64,000 nt of DNA from Auanema rhodensis (lineage: Eukaryota; Animalia; Nematoda): the NCBI GenBank assembly GCA_964057225.1, contig CAXKVF010000073.1, positions 310,001 to 374,000 on the forward strand, in the 5' to 3' direction. This document shows, in pieces, positions 12,673-27,600 of the stretch (position 1 is the stretch's first letter; the number at the start of each line of letters is the position of its first letter). The translations under genes and the position numbers were made by a program. The notes under the pieces are model-generated. The model saw only the letters and a list, made by a program, of their open reading frames with translations, searched no databases and had not been told where the DNA came from.

Positions 12673-15600
12673 TTTTTAGACTAATATGGAGATGGGGAAT
12701 CTGATTTTGAAAATCGCATCTCTTTATCTTTCACGTGAAGCGAGTTACATACCAAGTGCACATCACGTGTACAATTAATTAGCATAAATTAAAGTTCACG
12801 TAAATTTCAAAGTCATGGTTACAATGAACCAATATCAATAAAAATTTGTTTTTAGACTAATATGGAGATGGGGAATCTGATTTTGAAAACCGCATCTCTT
12901 TATCTTTCACGTGAAGGGAGTTACATACCAAGTGCACATCACGTGTACATTTAATTAGCATAAATCAAAGTTCACGTAAATTTCAAAGTCATGGTTACCA
13001 TGAACCAATATCAATAAAAATTTGTTTTTAGACTAATATGGACATGGGGAATCTAATTTTGAAAACCGCATCTCTTTATCTTTCACGTGAAGCGAGTTAC
13101 ATACCAAGTGCACATCACGTGTACATTTAATTAGCATAAATTAAAGTTCACGTAAATTTCAAAGTCATGGTTACCATGAACCAATATCAATAAAAATTTG
13201 TTTTTAGACTAATATGGAGATGGGGAATCTGATTTTGAAAACCGCATCTCTTTATCTTTCACGTGAAGCGAGTTACATACCAAGTGCACATCACGTGTAC
13301 AATTAATTAGCATAAATTAAAGTTCACGTAAATTTCAAAGTCATTGTTACAATGAACCAATATCAATAAAAATTTGTTTTTAGACTAATATGGAGATGGG
13401 GAATCTGATTTTGAAAATCGCATCTCTTTATCTTTCACGTGAAGCGAGTTACATACCAAGTGCACATCACGTGTACAATTAATTAGCATAAATTAAAGTT
13501 CACGTAAATTTCAAAGTCATGGTTACAATGAACCAATATCAATAAAAATTTGTTTTTAGACTAATATGGAGATGGGGAATCTGATTTTGAAAACCGCATC
13601 TCTTTATCTTTCACGTGAAGGGAGTTACATACCAAGTGCACATCACGTGTACATTTAATTAGCATAAATCAAAGTTCACGTAAATTTCAAAGTCATGGTT
13701 ACCATGAACCAATATCAATAAAAATTTGTTTTTAGACTAATATGGACATGGGGAATCTAATTTTGAAAACCGCATCTCTTTATCTTTCACGTGAAGCGAG
13801 TTACATACCAAGTGCACATCACGTGTACATTTAATTAGCATAAATTAAAGTTCACGTAAATTTCAAAGTCATGGTTACCATGAACCAATATCAATAAAAA
13901 TTTGTTTTTAGACTAATATGGACATGGGGAATCTAATTTTGAAAACCGCATCTCTTTATCTTTCACGTGAAGCGAGTTACATACCAAGTGCACATCACGT
14001 GTACAATTAATTAGCATAAATTAAAGTTCACGTAAATTTCAAAGTCATGGTTACAATGAACCAATATCAATAAAAATTTGTTTTTAGACTAATATGGAGA
14101 TGGGGAATCTGATTTTGAAAACCGCATCTCTTTATCTTTCACGTGAAGGGAGTTACATACCAAGTGCACATCACGTGTACATTTAATTAGCATAAATCAA
14201 AGTTCACGTAAATTTCAAAGTCATGGTTACCATGAACCAATATCAATAAAAATTTGTTTTTAGACTAATATGGACATGGGGAATCTAATTTTGAAAACCG
14301 CATCTCTTTATCTTTCACGTGAAGCGAGTTACATACCAAGTGCACATCACGTGTACAATTAATTAGCATAAATTAAAGTTCACGTAAATTTCAAAGTCAT
14401 GGTTACCATGAACCAATATCAATAAAAATTTGTTTTTAGACTAATATGGAGATGGGGAATCTGATTTTGAAAACCGCATCTCTTTATCTTTCACGTGAAG
14501 GGAGTTACATACCAAGTGCACATCACGTGTACATTTAATTAGCATAAATCAAAGTTCACGTAAATTTCAAAGTCATGGTTACCATGAACCAATATCAATA
14601 AAAATTTGTTTTTAGACTAATATGGACATGGGGAATCTAATTTTGAAAATCGCATCTCTTTATCTTTCACGTGAAGCGAGTTACATACCAAGTGCACATC
14701 ACGTGTACAATTAATTAGCATAAATTAAAGTTCACGTAAATTTCAAAGTCATGGTTACAATGAACCAATATCAATAAAAATTTGTTTTTAGACTAATATG
14801 GACATGGGGAATCTAATTTTGAAAACCGCATCTCTTTATCTTTCACGTGAAGCGAGTTACATACCAAGTGCACATCACGTGTACATTTAATTAGCATAAA
14901 TCAAAGTTCACGTAAATTTCAAAGTCATGGTTACCATGAACCAATATCAATAAAAATTTGTTTTTAGACTAATATGGACATGGGGAATCTAATTTTGAAA
15001 ACCGCATCTCTTTATCTTTCACGTGAAGCGAGTTACATACCAAGTGCACATCACGTGTACAATTAATTAGCATAAATTAAAGTTCACGTAAATTTCAAAG
15101 TCATGGTTACCATGAACCAATATCAATAAAAATTTGTTTTTATACTAATATGGAGATGGGGAATCTGATTTTGAAAATCGCATCTCTTTATCTTTCACGT
15201 GAAGCGAGTTACATACCAAGTGCACATCACGTGTACAATTAATTAGCATAAATTAAAGTTCACGTAAATTTCAAAGTCATGGTTACAATGAACCAATATC
15301 AATAAAAATTTGTTTTTAGACTAATATGGACATGGGGAATCTAATTTTGAAAACCGCATCTCTTTATCTTTCACGTGAAGCGAGTTACATACCAAGTGCA
15401 CATCACGTGTACAATTAATTAGCATAAATTAAAGTTCGCGTAAATTTCAAAGTCATGGTTACCATGAACCAATATCAATAAAAATTTGTTTTTAGACTAA
15501 TATGGAGATGGGGAATCTGATTTTGAAAACCGCATCTCTTTATCTTTCACGTGAAGCGAGTTACATACCAAGTGCACATCACGTGTACAATTAATTAGCA

Positions 15601-18600
15601 TAAATTAAAGTTCACGTAAATTTCAAAGTCATGGTTACCATGAACCAATATCAATAAAAATTTGTTTTTATACTAATATGGAGATGGGGAATCTGATTTT
15701 GAAAATCGCATCTCTTTATCTTTCACGTGAAGGGAGTTACATACCAAGTGCACATCACGTGTACATTTAATTAGCATAAATCAAAGTTCACGTAAATTTC
15801 AAAGTCATGGTTACCATGAACCAATATCAATAAAAATTTGTTTTTAGACTAATATGGACATGGGGAATCTAATTTTGAAAACCGCATCTCTTTATCTTTC
15901 ACGTGAAGCGAGTTACATACCAAGTGCACATCACGTGTACAATTAATTAGCATAAATTAAAGTTCACGTAAATTTCAAAGTCATGGTTACCATGAACCAA
16001 TATCAATAAAAATTTGTTTTTAGACTAATATGGAGATGGGGAATCTGATTTTGAAAACCGCATCTCTTTATCTTTCACGTGAAGGGAGTTACATACCAAG
16101 TGCACATCACGTGTACATTTAATTAGCATAAATCAAAGTTCACGTAAATTTCAAAGTCATGGTTACCATGAACCAATATCAATAAAAATTTGTTTTTAGA
16201 CTAATATGGACATGGGGAATCTAATTTTGAAAATCGCATCTCTTTATCTTTCACGTGAAGCGAGTTACATACCAAGTGCACATCACGTGTACAATTAATT
16301 AGCATAAATTAAAGTTCACGTAAATTTCAAAGTCATGGTTACAATGAACCAATATCAATAAAAATTTGTTTTTAGACTAATATGGACATGGGGAATCTAA
16401 TTTTGAAAACCGCATCTCTTTATCTTTCACGTGAAGCGAGTTACATACCAAGTGCACATCACGTGTACATTTAATTAGCATAAATCAAAGTTCACGTAAA
16501 TTTCAAAGTCATGGTTACCATGAACCAATATCAATAAAAATTTGTTTTTAGACTAATATGGACATGGGGAATCTAATTTTGAAAACCGCATCTCTTTATC
16601 TTTCACGTGAAGCGAGTTACATACCAAGTGCACATCACGTGTACAATTAATTAGCATAAATTAAAGTTCACGTAAATTTCAAAGTCATGGTTACCATGAA
16701 CCAATATCAATAAAAATTTGTTTTTATACTAATATGGAGATGGGGAATCTGATTTTGAAAATCGCATCTCTTTATCTTTCACGTGAAGCGAGTTACATAC
16801 CAAGTGCACATCACGTGTACAATTAATTAGCATAAATTAAAGTTCACGTAAATTTCAAAGTCATGGTTACAATGAACCAATATCAATAAAAATTTGTTTT
16901 TAGACTAATATGGAGATGAGGAATCTGATTTTGAAAACCGCATCTCTTTATCTTTCACGTGAAGGGAGTTACATACCAAGTGCACATCACGTGTACATTT
17001 AATTAGCATAAATCAAAGTTCACGTAAATTTCAAAGTCATGGTTACCATGAACCAATATCAATAAAAATTCGTTTTTAGACTAATATGGACATGGGGAAT
17101 CTAATTTTGAAAACCGCATCTCTTTATCTTTCACGTGAAGCGAGTTACATACCAAGTGCACATCACGTGTACAATTAATTAGCATAAATTAAAGTTCACG
17201 TAAATTTCAAAGTCATGGTTACCATGAACCAATATCAATAAAAATTTGTTTTTAGACTAATATGGAGATGGGGAATCTGATTTTGAAAACCGCATCTCTT
17301 TATCTTTCACGTGAAGCGAGTTACATACCAAGTGCACATAACGTGTACATTTAATTAGCATAAATCAAAGTTCACGTAAATTTCAAAGTCATGGTTACCA
17401 TGAACCAATATCAATAAAAATTTGTTTTTAGACTAATATGGACATGGGGAATCTAATTTTGAAAACCGCATCTCTTTATCTTTCACGTGAAGCGAGTTAC
17501 ATACCAAGTGCACATCACGTGTACATTTAATTAGCATAAATTAAAGTTCACGTAAATTTCAAAGTCATGGTTACCATGAACCAATATCAATAAAAATTTG
17601 TTTTTAGACTAATATGGAGATGGGGAATCTGATTTTGAAAACCGCATCTCTTTATCTTTCACGTGAAGCGAGTTACATACCAAGTGCACATCACGTGTAC
17701 AATTAATTAGCATAAATCAAAGTTCACGTAAATTTCAAAGTCATGGTTACCATGAACCAATATCAATAAAAATTTGTTTTTAGACTAATATGGACATGGG
17801 GAATCTAATTTTGAAAACCGCATCTCTTTATCTTTCACGTGAAGCGAGTTACATACCAAGTGCACATCACGTGTACAATTAATTAGCATAAATTAAAGTT
17901 CACGTAAATTTCAAAGTCATGGTTACAATGAACCAATATCAATAAAAATTTGTTTTTAGACTAATATGGAGATGGGGAATCTGATTTTGAAAACCGCATC
18001 TCTTTATCTTTCACGTGAAGGGAGTTACATACCAAGTGCACATCACGTGTACATTTAATTAGCATAAATCAAAGTTCACGTAAATTTCAAAGTCATGGTT
18101 ACCATGAACCAATATCAATAAAAATTTGTTTTTAGACTAATATGGACATGGGGAATCTAATTTTGAAAACCGCATCTCTTTATCTTTCACGTGAAGCGAG
18201 TTACATACCAAGTGCACATCACGTGTACAATTAATTAGCATAAATCAAAGTTCACGTAAATTTCAAAGTCATGGTTACCATGAACCAATATCAATAAAAA
18301 TTTGTTTTTAGACTAATATGGACATGGGGAATCTAATTTTGAAAACCGCATCTCTTTATCTTTCACGTGAAGCGAGTTACATACCAAGTGCACATCACGT
18401 GTACATTTAATTAGCATAAATCAAAGTTCACGTAAATTTCAAAGTCATGGTTACCATGAACCAATATCAATAAAAATTTGTTTTTAGACTAATATGGAGA
18501 TGGGGAATCTGATTTTGAAAATCGCATCTCTTTATCTTTCACGTGAAGCGAGTTACATACCAAGTGCACATCACGTGTACAATTAATTAGCATAAATTAA

Positions 18601-21600
18601 AGTTCACGTAAATTTCAAAGTCATGGTTACAATGAACCAATATCAATAAAAATTTGTTTTTAGACTAATATGGAGATGGGGAATCTGATTTTGAAAACCG
18701 CATCTCTTTATCTTTCACGTGAAGGGAGTTACATACCAAGTGCACATCACGTGTACATTTAATTAGCATAAATCAAAGTTCACGTAAATTTCAAAGTCAT
18801 GGTTACCATGAACCAATATCAATAAAAATTTGTTTTTAGACTAATATGGACATGGGGAATCTAATTTTGAAAACCGCATCTCTTTATCTTTCACGTGAAG
18901 CGAGTTACATACCAAGTGCACATCACGTGTACAATTAATTAGCATAAATTAAAGTTCACGTAAATTTCAAAGTCATGGTTACCATGAACCAATATCAATA
19001 AAAATTTGTTTTTAGACTAATATGGAGATGGGGAATCTGATTTTGAAAACCGCATCTCTTTATCTTTCACGTGAAGGGAGTTACATACCAAGTGCACATC
19101 ACGTGTACATTTAATTAGCATAAATCAAAGTTCACGTAAATTTCAAAGTCATGGTTACCATGAACCAATATCAATAAAAATTTGTTTTTAGACTAATATG
19201 GACATGGGGAATCTAATTTTGAAAATCGCATCTCTTTATCTTTCACGTGAAGCGAGTTACATACCAAGTGCACATCACGTGTACAATTAATTAGCATAAA
19301 TTAAAGTTCACGTAAATTTCAAAGTCATGGTTACAATGAACCAATATCAATAAAAATTTGTTTTTAGACTAATATGGAGATGGGGAATCTAATTTTGAAA
19401 ACCGCATCTCTTTATCTTTCACGTGAAGCGAGTTACATACCAAGTGCACATCACGTGTACATTTAATTAGCATAAATCAAAGTTCACGTAAATTTCAAAG
19501 TCATGGTTACCATGAACCAATATCAATAAAAATTTGTGTTTAGACTAATATGGACATGGGGAATCTAATTTTGAAAACCGCATCTCTTTATCTTTCACGT
19601 GAAGCGAGTTACATACCAAGTGCACATCACGTGTACAATTAATTAGCATAAATTAAAGTTCACGTAAATTTCAAAGTCATGGTTACCATGCACCAATATC
19701 AATAAAAATTTGTTTTTAGACTAATATGGACATGAGGAATCTTATTTTGAAAACCGCATCTCTTTATCTTTCACGTGAAGCGAGTTACATACCAAGTGCA
19801 CATCACGTGTACAATTAATTAGCATAAATTAAAGTTCACGTAAATTTCAAAGTCATGGTTACCATGAACCAATATCAATAAAAATTTGTTTTTAGACTAA
19901 TATGGAGATGGGGAATCTGATTTTGAAAACCGCATCTCTTTATCTTTCACGTGAAGGGAGTTACATACCAAGTGCACATCACGTGTACATTTAATTAGCA
20001 TAAATCAAAGTTCACGTAAATTTCAAAGTCATGGTTACCATGAACCAATATCAATAAAAATTTGTTTTTAGACTAATATGGACATGGGGAATCTAATTTT
20101 GAAAACCGCATCTCTTTATCTTTCACGTGAAGCGAGTTACATACCAAGTGCACATCACGTGTACAATTAATTAGCATAAATTAAAGTTCACGTAAATTTC
20201 AAAGTCATGGTTACCATGAACCAATATCAATAAAAATTTGTTTTTAGACTAATATGGAGATGGGGAATCTGATTTTGAAAACCGCATCTCTTTATCTTTC
20301 ACGTGAAGCGAGTTACATACCAAGTGCACATCACGTGTACATTTAATTAGCATAAATCAAAGTTCACGTAAATTTCAAAGTCATGGTTACCATGAACCAA
20401 TATCAATAAAAATTTGTTTTTAGACTAATATGGACATGGGGAATCTAATTTTGAAAACCGCATCTCTTTATCTTTCACGTGAAGCGAGTTACATACCAAG
20501 TGCACATCACGTGTACATTTAATTAGCATAAATTAAAGTTCACGTAAATTTCAAAGTCATGGTTACCATGAACCAATATCAATAAAAATTTGTTTTTAGA
20601 CTAATATGGAGATGGGGAATCTGATTTTGAAAACCGCATCTCTTTATCTTTCACGTGAAGCGAGTTACATACCAAGTGCACATCACGTGTACAATTAATT
20701 AGCATAAATCAAAGTTCACGTAAATTTCAAAGTCATGGTTACCATGAACCAATATCAATAAAAATTTGTTTTTAGACTAATATGGACATGGGGAATCTAA
20801 TTTTGAAAACCGCATCTCTTTATCTTTCACGTGAAGCGAGTTACATACCAAGTGCACATCACGTGTACAATTAATTAGCATAAATTAAAGTTCACGTAAA
20901 TTTCAAAGTCATGGTTACAATGAACCAATATCAATAAAAATTTGTTTTTAGACTAATATGGAGATGGGGAATCTGATTTTGAAAACCGCATCTCTTTATC
21001 TTTCACGTGAAGGGAGTTACATACCAAGTGCACATCACGTGTACATTTAATTAGCATAAATCAAAGTTCACGTAAATTTCAAAGTCATGGTTACCATGAA
21101 CCAATATCAATAAAAATTTGTTTTTAGACTAATATGGACATGGGGAATCTAATTTTGAAAACCGCATCTCTTTATCTTTCACGTGAAGCGAGTTACATAC
21201 CAAGTGCACATCACGTGTACAATTAATTAGCATAAATCAAAGTTCACGTAAATTTCAAAGTCATGGTTACCATGAACCAATATCAATAAAAATTTGTTTT
21301 TAGACTAATATGGACATGGGGAATCTAATTTTGAAAACCGCATCTCTTTATCTTTCACGTGAAGCGAGTTACATACCAAGTGCACATCACGTGTACATTT
21401 AATTAGCATAAATCAAAGTTCACGTAAATTTCAAAGTCATGGTTACCATGAACCAATATCAATAAAAATTTGTTTTTAGACTAATATGGACATGGGGAAT
21501 CTAATTTTGAAAACCGCATCTCTTTATCTTTCACGTGAAGGGAGTTACATACCAAGTGCACATCACGTGTACATTTAATTAGCATAAATCAAAGTTCACG

Positions 21601-24600
21601 TAAATTTCAAAGTCATGGTTACCATGCACCAATATCAATAAAAATTTGTTTTTAGACTAATATGGACATGGGGAATCTAATTTTGAAAACCGCATCTCTT
21701 TATCTTTCACGTGAAGCGAGTTACATACCAAGTGCACATCACGTGTACAATTAATTAGCATAAATTAAAGTTCACGTAAATTTCAAAGTCATGGTTACCA
21801 TGCACCAATATCAATAAAAATTTGTTTTTAGACTAATATGGACATGAGGAATCTTATTTTGAAAACCGCATCTCTTTATCTTTCACGTGAAGCGAGTTAC
21901 ATACCAAGTGCACATCACGTGTACAATTAATTAGCATAAATTAAAGTTCACGTAAATTTCAAAGTCATGGTTACCATGAACCAATATCAATAAAAATTTG
22001 TTTTTAGACTAATATGGAGATGGGGAATCTGATTTTGAAAACCGCATCTCTTTATCTTTCACGTGAAGGGAGTTACATACCAAGTGCACATCACGTGTAC
22101 AATTAATTAGCATAAATTAAAGTTCACGTAAATTTCAAAGTCATGGTTACCATGCACCAATATCAATAAAAATTTGTTTTTAGACTAATATGGACATGGG
22201 GAATCTAATTTTGAAAACCGCATCTCTTTATCTTTCACGTGAAGCGAGTTACATACCAAGTGCACATCACGTGTACAATTAATTAGCATAAATTAAAGTT
22301 CACGTAAATTTCAAAGTCATGGTTACCATGAACCAATATCAATAAAAATTTGTTTTTAGACTAATATGGAGATGGGGAATCTGATTTTGAAAACCGCATC
22401 TCTTTATCTTTCACGTGAAGGGAGTTACATACCAAGTGCACATCACGTGTACATTTAATTAGCATAAATCAAAGTTCACGTAAATTTCAAAGTCATGGTT
22501 ACCATGAACCAATATCAATAAAAATTTGTTTTTAGACTAATATGGACATGGGGAATCTAATTTTGAAAACCGCATCTCTTTATCTTTCACGTGAAGCGAG
22601 TTACATACCAAGTGCACATCACGTGTACAATTAATTAGCATAAATTAAAGTTCACGTAAATTTCAAAGTCATGGTTACCATGAACCAATATCAATAAAAA
22701 TTTGTTTTTATTTTAATTAGCATAAATCAAAGTTCACGTAAATTTCAAAGTCATGGTTACCATGAACCAATATCAATAAAAATTTGTTTTTAGACTAATA
22801 TGGACATGGGGAATCTAATTTTGAAAACCGCATCTCTTTATCTTTCACGTGAAGCGAGTTACATACCAAGTGCACATCACGTGTACAATTAATTAGCATA
22901 AATTAAAGTTCACGTAAATTTCAAAGTCATGGTTACCATGAACCAATATCAATAAAAATTTGTTTTTAGACTAATATGGAGATGGGGAATCTGATTTTGA
23001 AAACCGCATCTCTTTATCTTTCACGTGAAGCGAGTTACATACCAAGTGCACATCACGTGTACATTTAATTAGCATAAATCAAAGTTCACGTAAATTTCAA
23101 AGTCATGGTTACCATGAACCAATATCAATAAAAATTTGTTTTTAGACTAATATGGACATGGGGAATCTAATTTTGAAAACCGCATCTCTTTATCTTTCAC
23201 GTGAAGCGAGTTACATACCAAGTGCACATCACGTGTACAATTAATTAGCATAAATCAAAGTTCACGTAAATTTCAAAGTCATGGTTACCATGAACCAATA
23301 TCAATAAAAATTTGTTTTTAGACTAATATGGACATGGGGAATCTAATTTTGAAAACCGCATCTCTTTATCTTTCACGTGAAGCGAGTTACATACCAAGTG
23401 CACATCACGTGTACATTTAATTAGCATAAATCAAAGTTCACGTAAATTTCAAAGTCATGGTTACCATGAACCAATATCAATAAAAATTTGTTTTTAGACT
23501 AATATGGACATGGGGAATCTAATTTTGAAAACCGCATCTCTTTATCTTTCACGTGAAGCGAGTTACATACCAAGTGCACATCACGTGTACATTTAATTAG
23601 CATAAATCAAAGTTCACGTAAATTTCAAAGTCATGGTTACCATGAACCAATATCAATAAAAATTTGTTTTTAGACTAATATGGACATGGGGAATCTAATT
23701 TTGAAAACCGCATCTCTTTATCTTTCACGTGAAGCGAGTTACATACCAAGTGCACATCACGTGTACAATTAATTAGCATAAATTAAAGTTCACGTAAATT
23801 TCAAAGTCATGGTTACCATGCACCAATATCAATAAAAATTTGTTTTTAGACTAATATGGACATGAGGAATCTTATTTTGAAAACCGCATCTCTTTATCTT
23901 TCACGTGAAGCGAGTTACATACCAAGTGCACATCACGTGTACAATTAATTAGCATAAATTAAAGTTCACGTAAATTTCAAAGTCATGGTTACCATGAACC
24001 AATATCAATAAAAATTTGTTTTTAGACTAATATGGAGATGGGGAATCTGATTTTGAAAACCGCATCTCTTTATCTTTCACGTGAAGGGAGTTACATACCA
24101 AGTGCACATCACGTGTACATTTAATTAGCATAAATCAAAGTTCACGTAAATTTCAAAGTCATGGTTACCATGAACCAATATCAATAAAAATTTGTTTTTA
24201 GACTAATATGGACATGGGGAATCTAATTTTGAAAACCGCATCTCTTTATCTTTCACGTGAAGCGAGTTACATACCAAGTGCACATCACGTGTACAATTAA
24301 TTAGCATAAATTAAAGTTCACGTAAATTTCAAAGTCATGGTTACCATGAACCAATATCAATAAAAATTTGTTTTTAGACTAATATGGAGATGGGGAATCT
24401 GATTTTGAAAACCGCATCTCTTTATCTTTCACGTGAAGCGAGTTACATACCAAGTGCACATCACGTGTACATTTAATTAGCATAAATCAAAGTTCACGTA
24501 AATTTCAAAGTCATGGTTACCATGAACCAATATCAATAAAAATTTGTTTTTAGACTAATATGGACATGGGGAATCTAATTTTGAAAACCGCATCTCTTTA

Positions 24601-27600
24601 TCTTTCACGTGAAGCGAGTTACATACCAAGTGCACATCACGTGTACAATTAATTAGCATAAATCAAAGTTCACGTAAATTTCAAAGTCATGGTTACCATG
24701 AACCAATATCAATAAAAATTTGTTTTTAGACTAATATGGACATGGGGAATCTAATTTTGAAAACCGCATCTCTTTATCTTTCACGTGAAGCGAGTTACAT
24801 ACCAAGTGCACATCACGTGTACAATTAATTAGCATAAATTAAAGTTCACGTAAATTTCAAAGTCATGGTTACAATGAACCAATATCAATAAAAATTTGTT
24901 TTTAGACTAATATGGAGATGGGGAATCTGATTTTGAAAACCGCATCTCTTTATCTTTCACGTGAAGGGAGTTACATACCAAGTGCACATCACGTGTACAT
25001 TTAATTAGCATAAATCAAAGTTCACGTAAATTTCAAAGACATGGTTACCATGAACCAATATCAATAAAAATTTGTTTTTAGACTAATATGGACATGGGGA
25101 ATCTAATTTTGAAAACCGCATCTCTTTATCTTTCACGTGAAGCGAGTTACATACCAAGTGCACATCACGTGTACAATTAATTAGCATAAATCAAAGTTCA
25201 CGTATATTTCAAAGTCATGGTTACCATGAACCAATATCAATAAAAATTTGTTTTTAGACTAATATGGACATGGGGAATCTAATTTTGAAAACCGCATCTC
25301 TTTATCTTTCACGTGAAGCGAGTTACATACCAAGTGCACATCACGTGTACATTTAATTAGCATAAATCAAAGTTCACGTAAATTTCAAAGTCATGGTTAC
25401 CATGAACCAATATCAATAAAAATTTGTTTTTAGACTAATATGGACATGGGGAATCTAATTTTGAAAACCGCATCTCTTTATCTTTCACGTGAAGCGAGTT
25501 ACATACCAAGTGCACATCACGTGTACAATTAATTAGCATAAATTAAAGTTCACGTAAATTTCAAAGTCATGGTTACCATGCACCAATATCAATAAAAATT
25601 TGTTTTTAGACTAATATGGACATGAGGAATCTTATTTTGAAAACCGCATCTCTTTATCTTTCACGTGAAGCGAGTTACATACCAAGTGCACATCACGTGT
25701 ACAATTAATTAGCATAAATTAAAGTTCACGTATATTTCAAAGTCATGGTTACCATGAACCAATATCAATAAAAATTTGTTTTTAGACTAATATGGACATG
25801 GGGAATCTAATTTTGAAAACCGCATCTCTTTATCTTTCACGTGAAGCGAGTTACATACCAAGTGCACATCACGTGTACATTTAATTAGCATAAATCAAAG
25901 TTCACGTAAATTTCAAAGTCATGGTTACCATGAACCAATATCAATAAAAATTTGTTTTTAGACTAATATGGACATGGGGAATCTAATTTTGAAAACCGCA
26001 TCTCTTTATCTTTCACGTGAAGCGAGTTACATACCAAGTGCACATCACGTGTACAATTAATTAGCATAAATTAAAGTTCACGTAAATTTCAAAGTCATGG
26101 TTACCATGAACCAATATCAATAAAAATTTGTTTTTAGACTAATATGGAGATGGGGAATCTGATTTTGAAAACCGCATCTCTTTATCTTTCACGTGAAGAG
26201 AGTTACATACCAAGTGCACATCACGTGTACATTTAATTAGCATAAATCAAAGTTCACGTAAATTTCAAAGTCATGGTTACCATGAACCAATATCAATGAA
26301 AATTTGTTTTTAGACTAATATGGACATGGGGAATCTAATTTTGAAAACCGCATCTCTTTATCTTTCACGTGAAGCGAGTTACATACCAAGTGCACATCAC
26401 GTGTACAATTAATTAGCATAAATTAAAGTTCACGTAAATTTCAAAGTCATGGTTACCATGAACCAATATCAATAAAAATTTGTTTTTAGACTAATATGGA
26501 GATGGGGAATCTGATTTTGAAAACCGCATCTCTTTATCTTTCACGTGAAGGGAGTTACATACCAAGTGCACATCACGTGTACATTTAATTAGCATAAATC
26601 AAAGTTCACGTAAATTTCAAAGACATGGTTACCATGAACCAATATCAATAAAAATTTGTTTTTAGACTAATATGGACATGGGGAATCTAATTTTGAAAAC
26701 CGCATCTCTTTATCTTTCACGTGAAGCGAGTTACATACCAAGTGCACATCACGTGTACAATTAATTAGCATAAATCAAAGTTCACGTATATTTCAAAGTC
26801 ATGGTTACCATGAACCAATATCAATAAAAATTTGTTTTTAGACTAATATGGACATGGGGAATCTAATTTTGAAAACCGCATCTCTTTATCTTTCACGTGA
26901 AGGGAGTTACATACCAAGTGCACATCACGTGTACATTTAATTAGCATAAATCAAAGTTCACGTAAATTTCAAAGACATGGTTACCATGAACCAATATCAA
27001 TAAAAATTTGTTTTTAGACTAATATGGACATGGGGAATCTAATTTTGAAAACCGCATCTCTTTATCTTTCACGTGAAGCGAGTTACATACCAAGTGCACA
27101 TCACGTGTACAATTAATTAGCATAAATCAAAGTTCACGTAAATTTCAAAGTCATGGTTACCATGAACCAATATCAATAAAAATTTGTTTTTAGACTAATA
27201 TGGACATGGGGAATCTTATTTTGAAAACCGCATCTCTTTATCTTTCACGTGAAGCGAGTTACATACCAAGTGCACATCACGTGTACAATTAATTAGCATA
27301 AATTAAAGTTCACGTAAATTTCAAAGTCATGGTTACAATGAACCAATATCAATAAAAATTTGTTTTTAGACTAATATGGAGATGGGGAATCTGATTTTGA
27401 AAACCGCATCTCTTTATCTTTCACGTGAAGGGAGTTACATACCAAGTGCACATCACGTGTACATTTAATTAGCATAAATCAAAGTTCACGTAAATTTCAA
27501 AGACATGGTTACCATGAACCAATATCAATAAAAATTTGTTTTTAGACTAATATGGACATGGGGAATCTAATTTTGAAAACCGCATCTCTTTATCTTTCAC

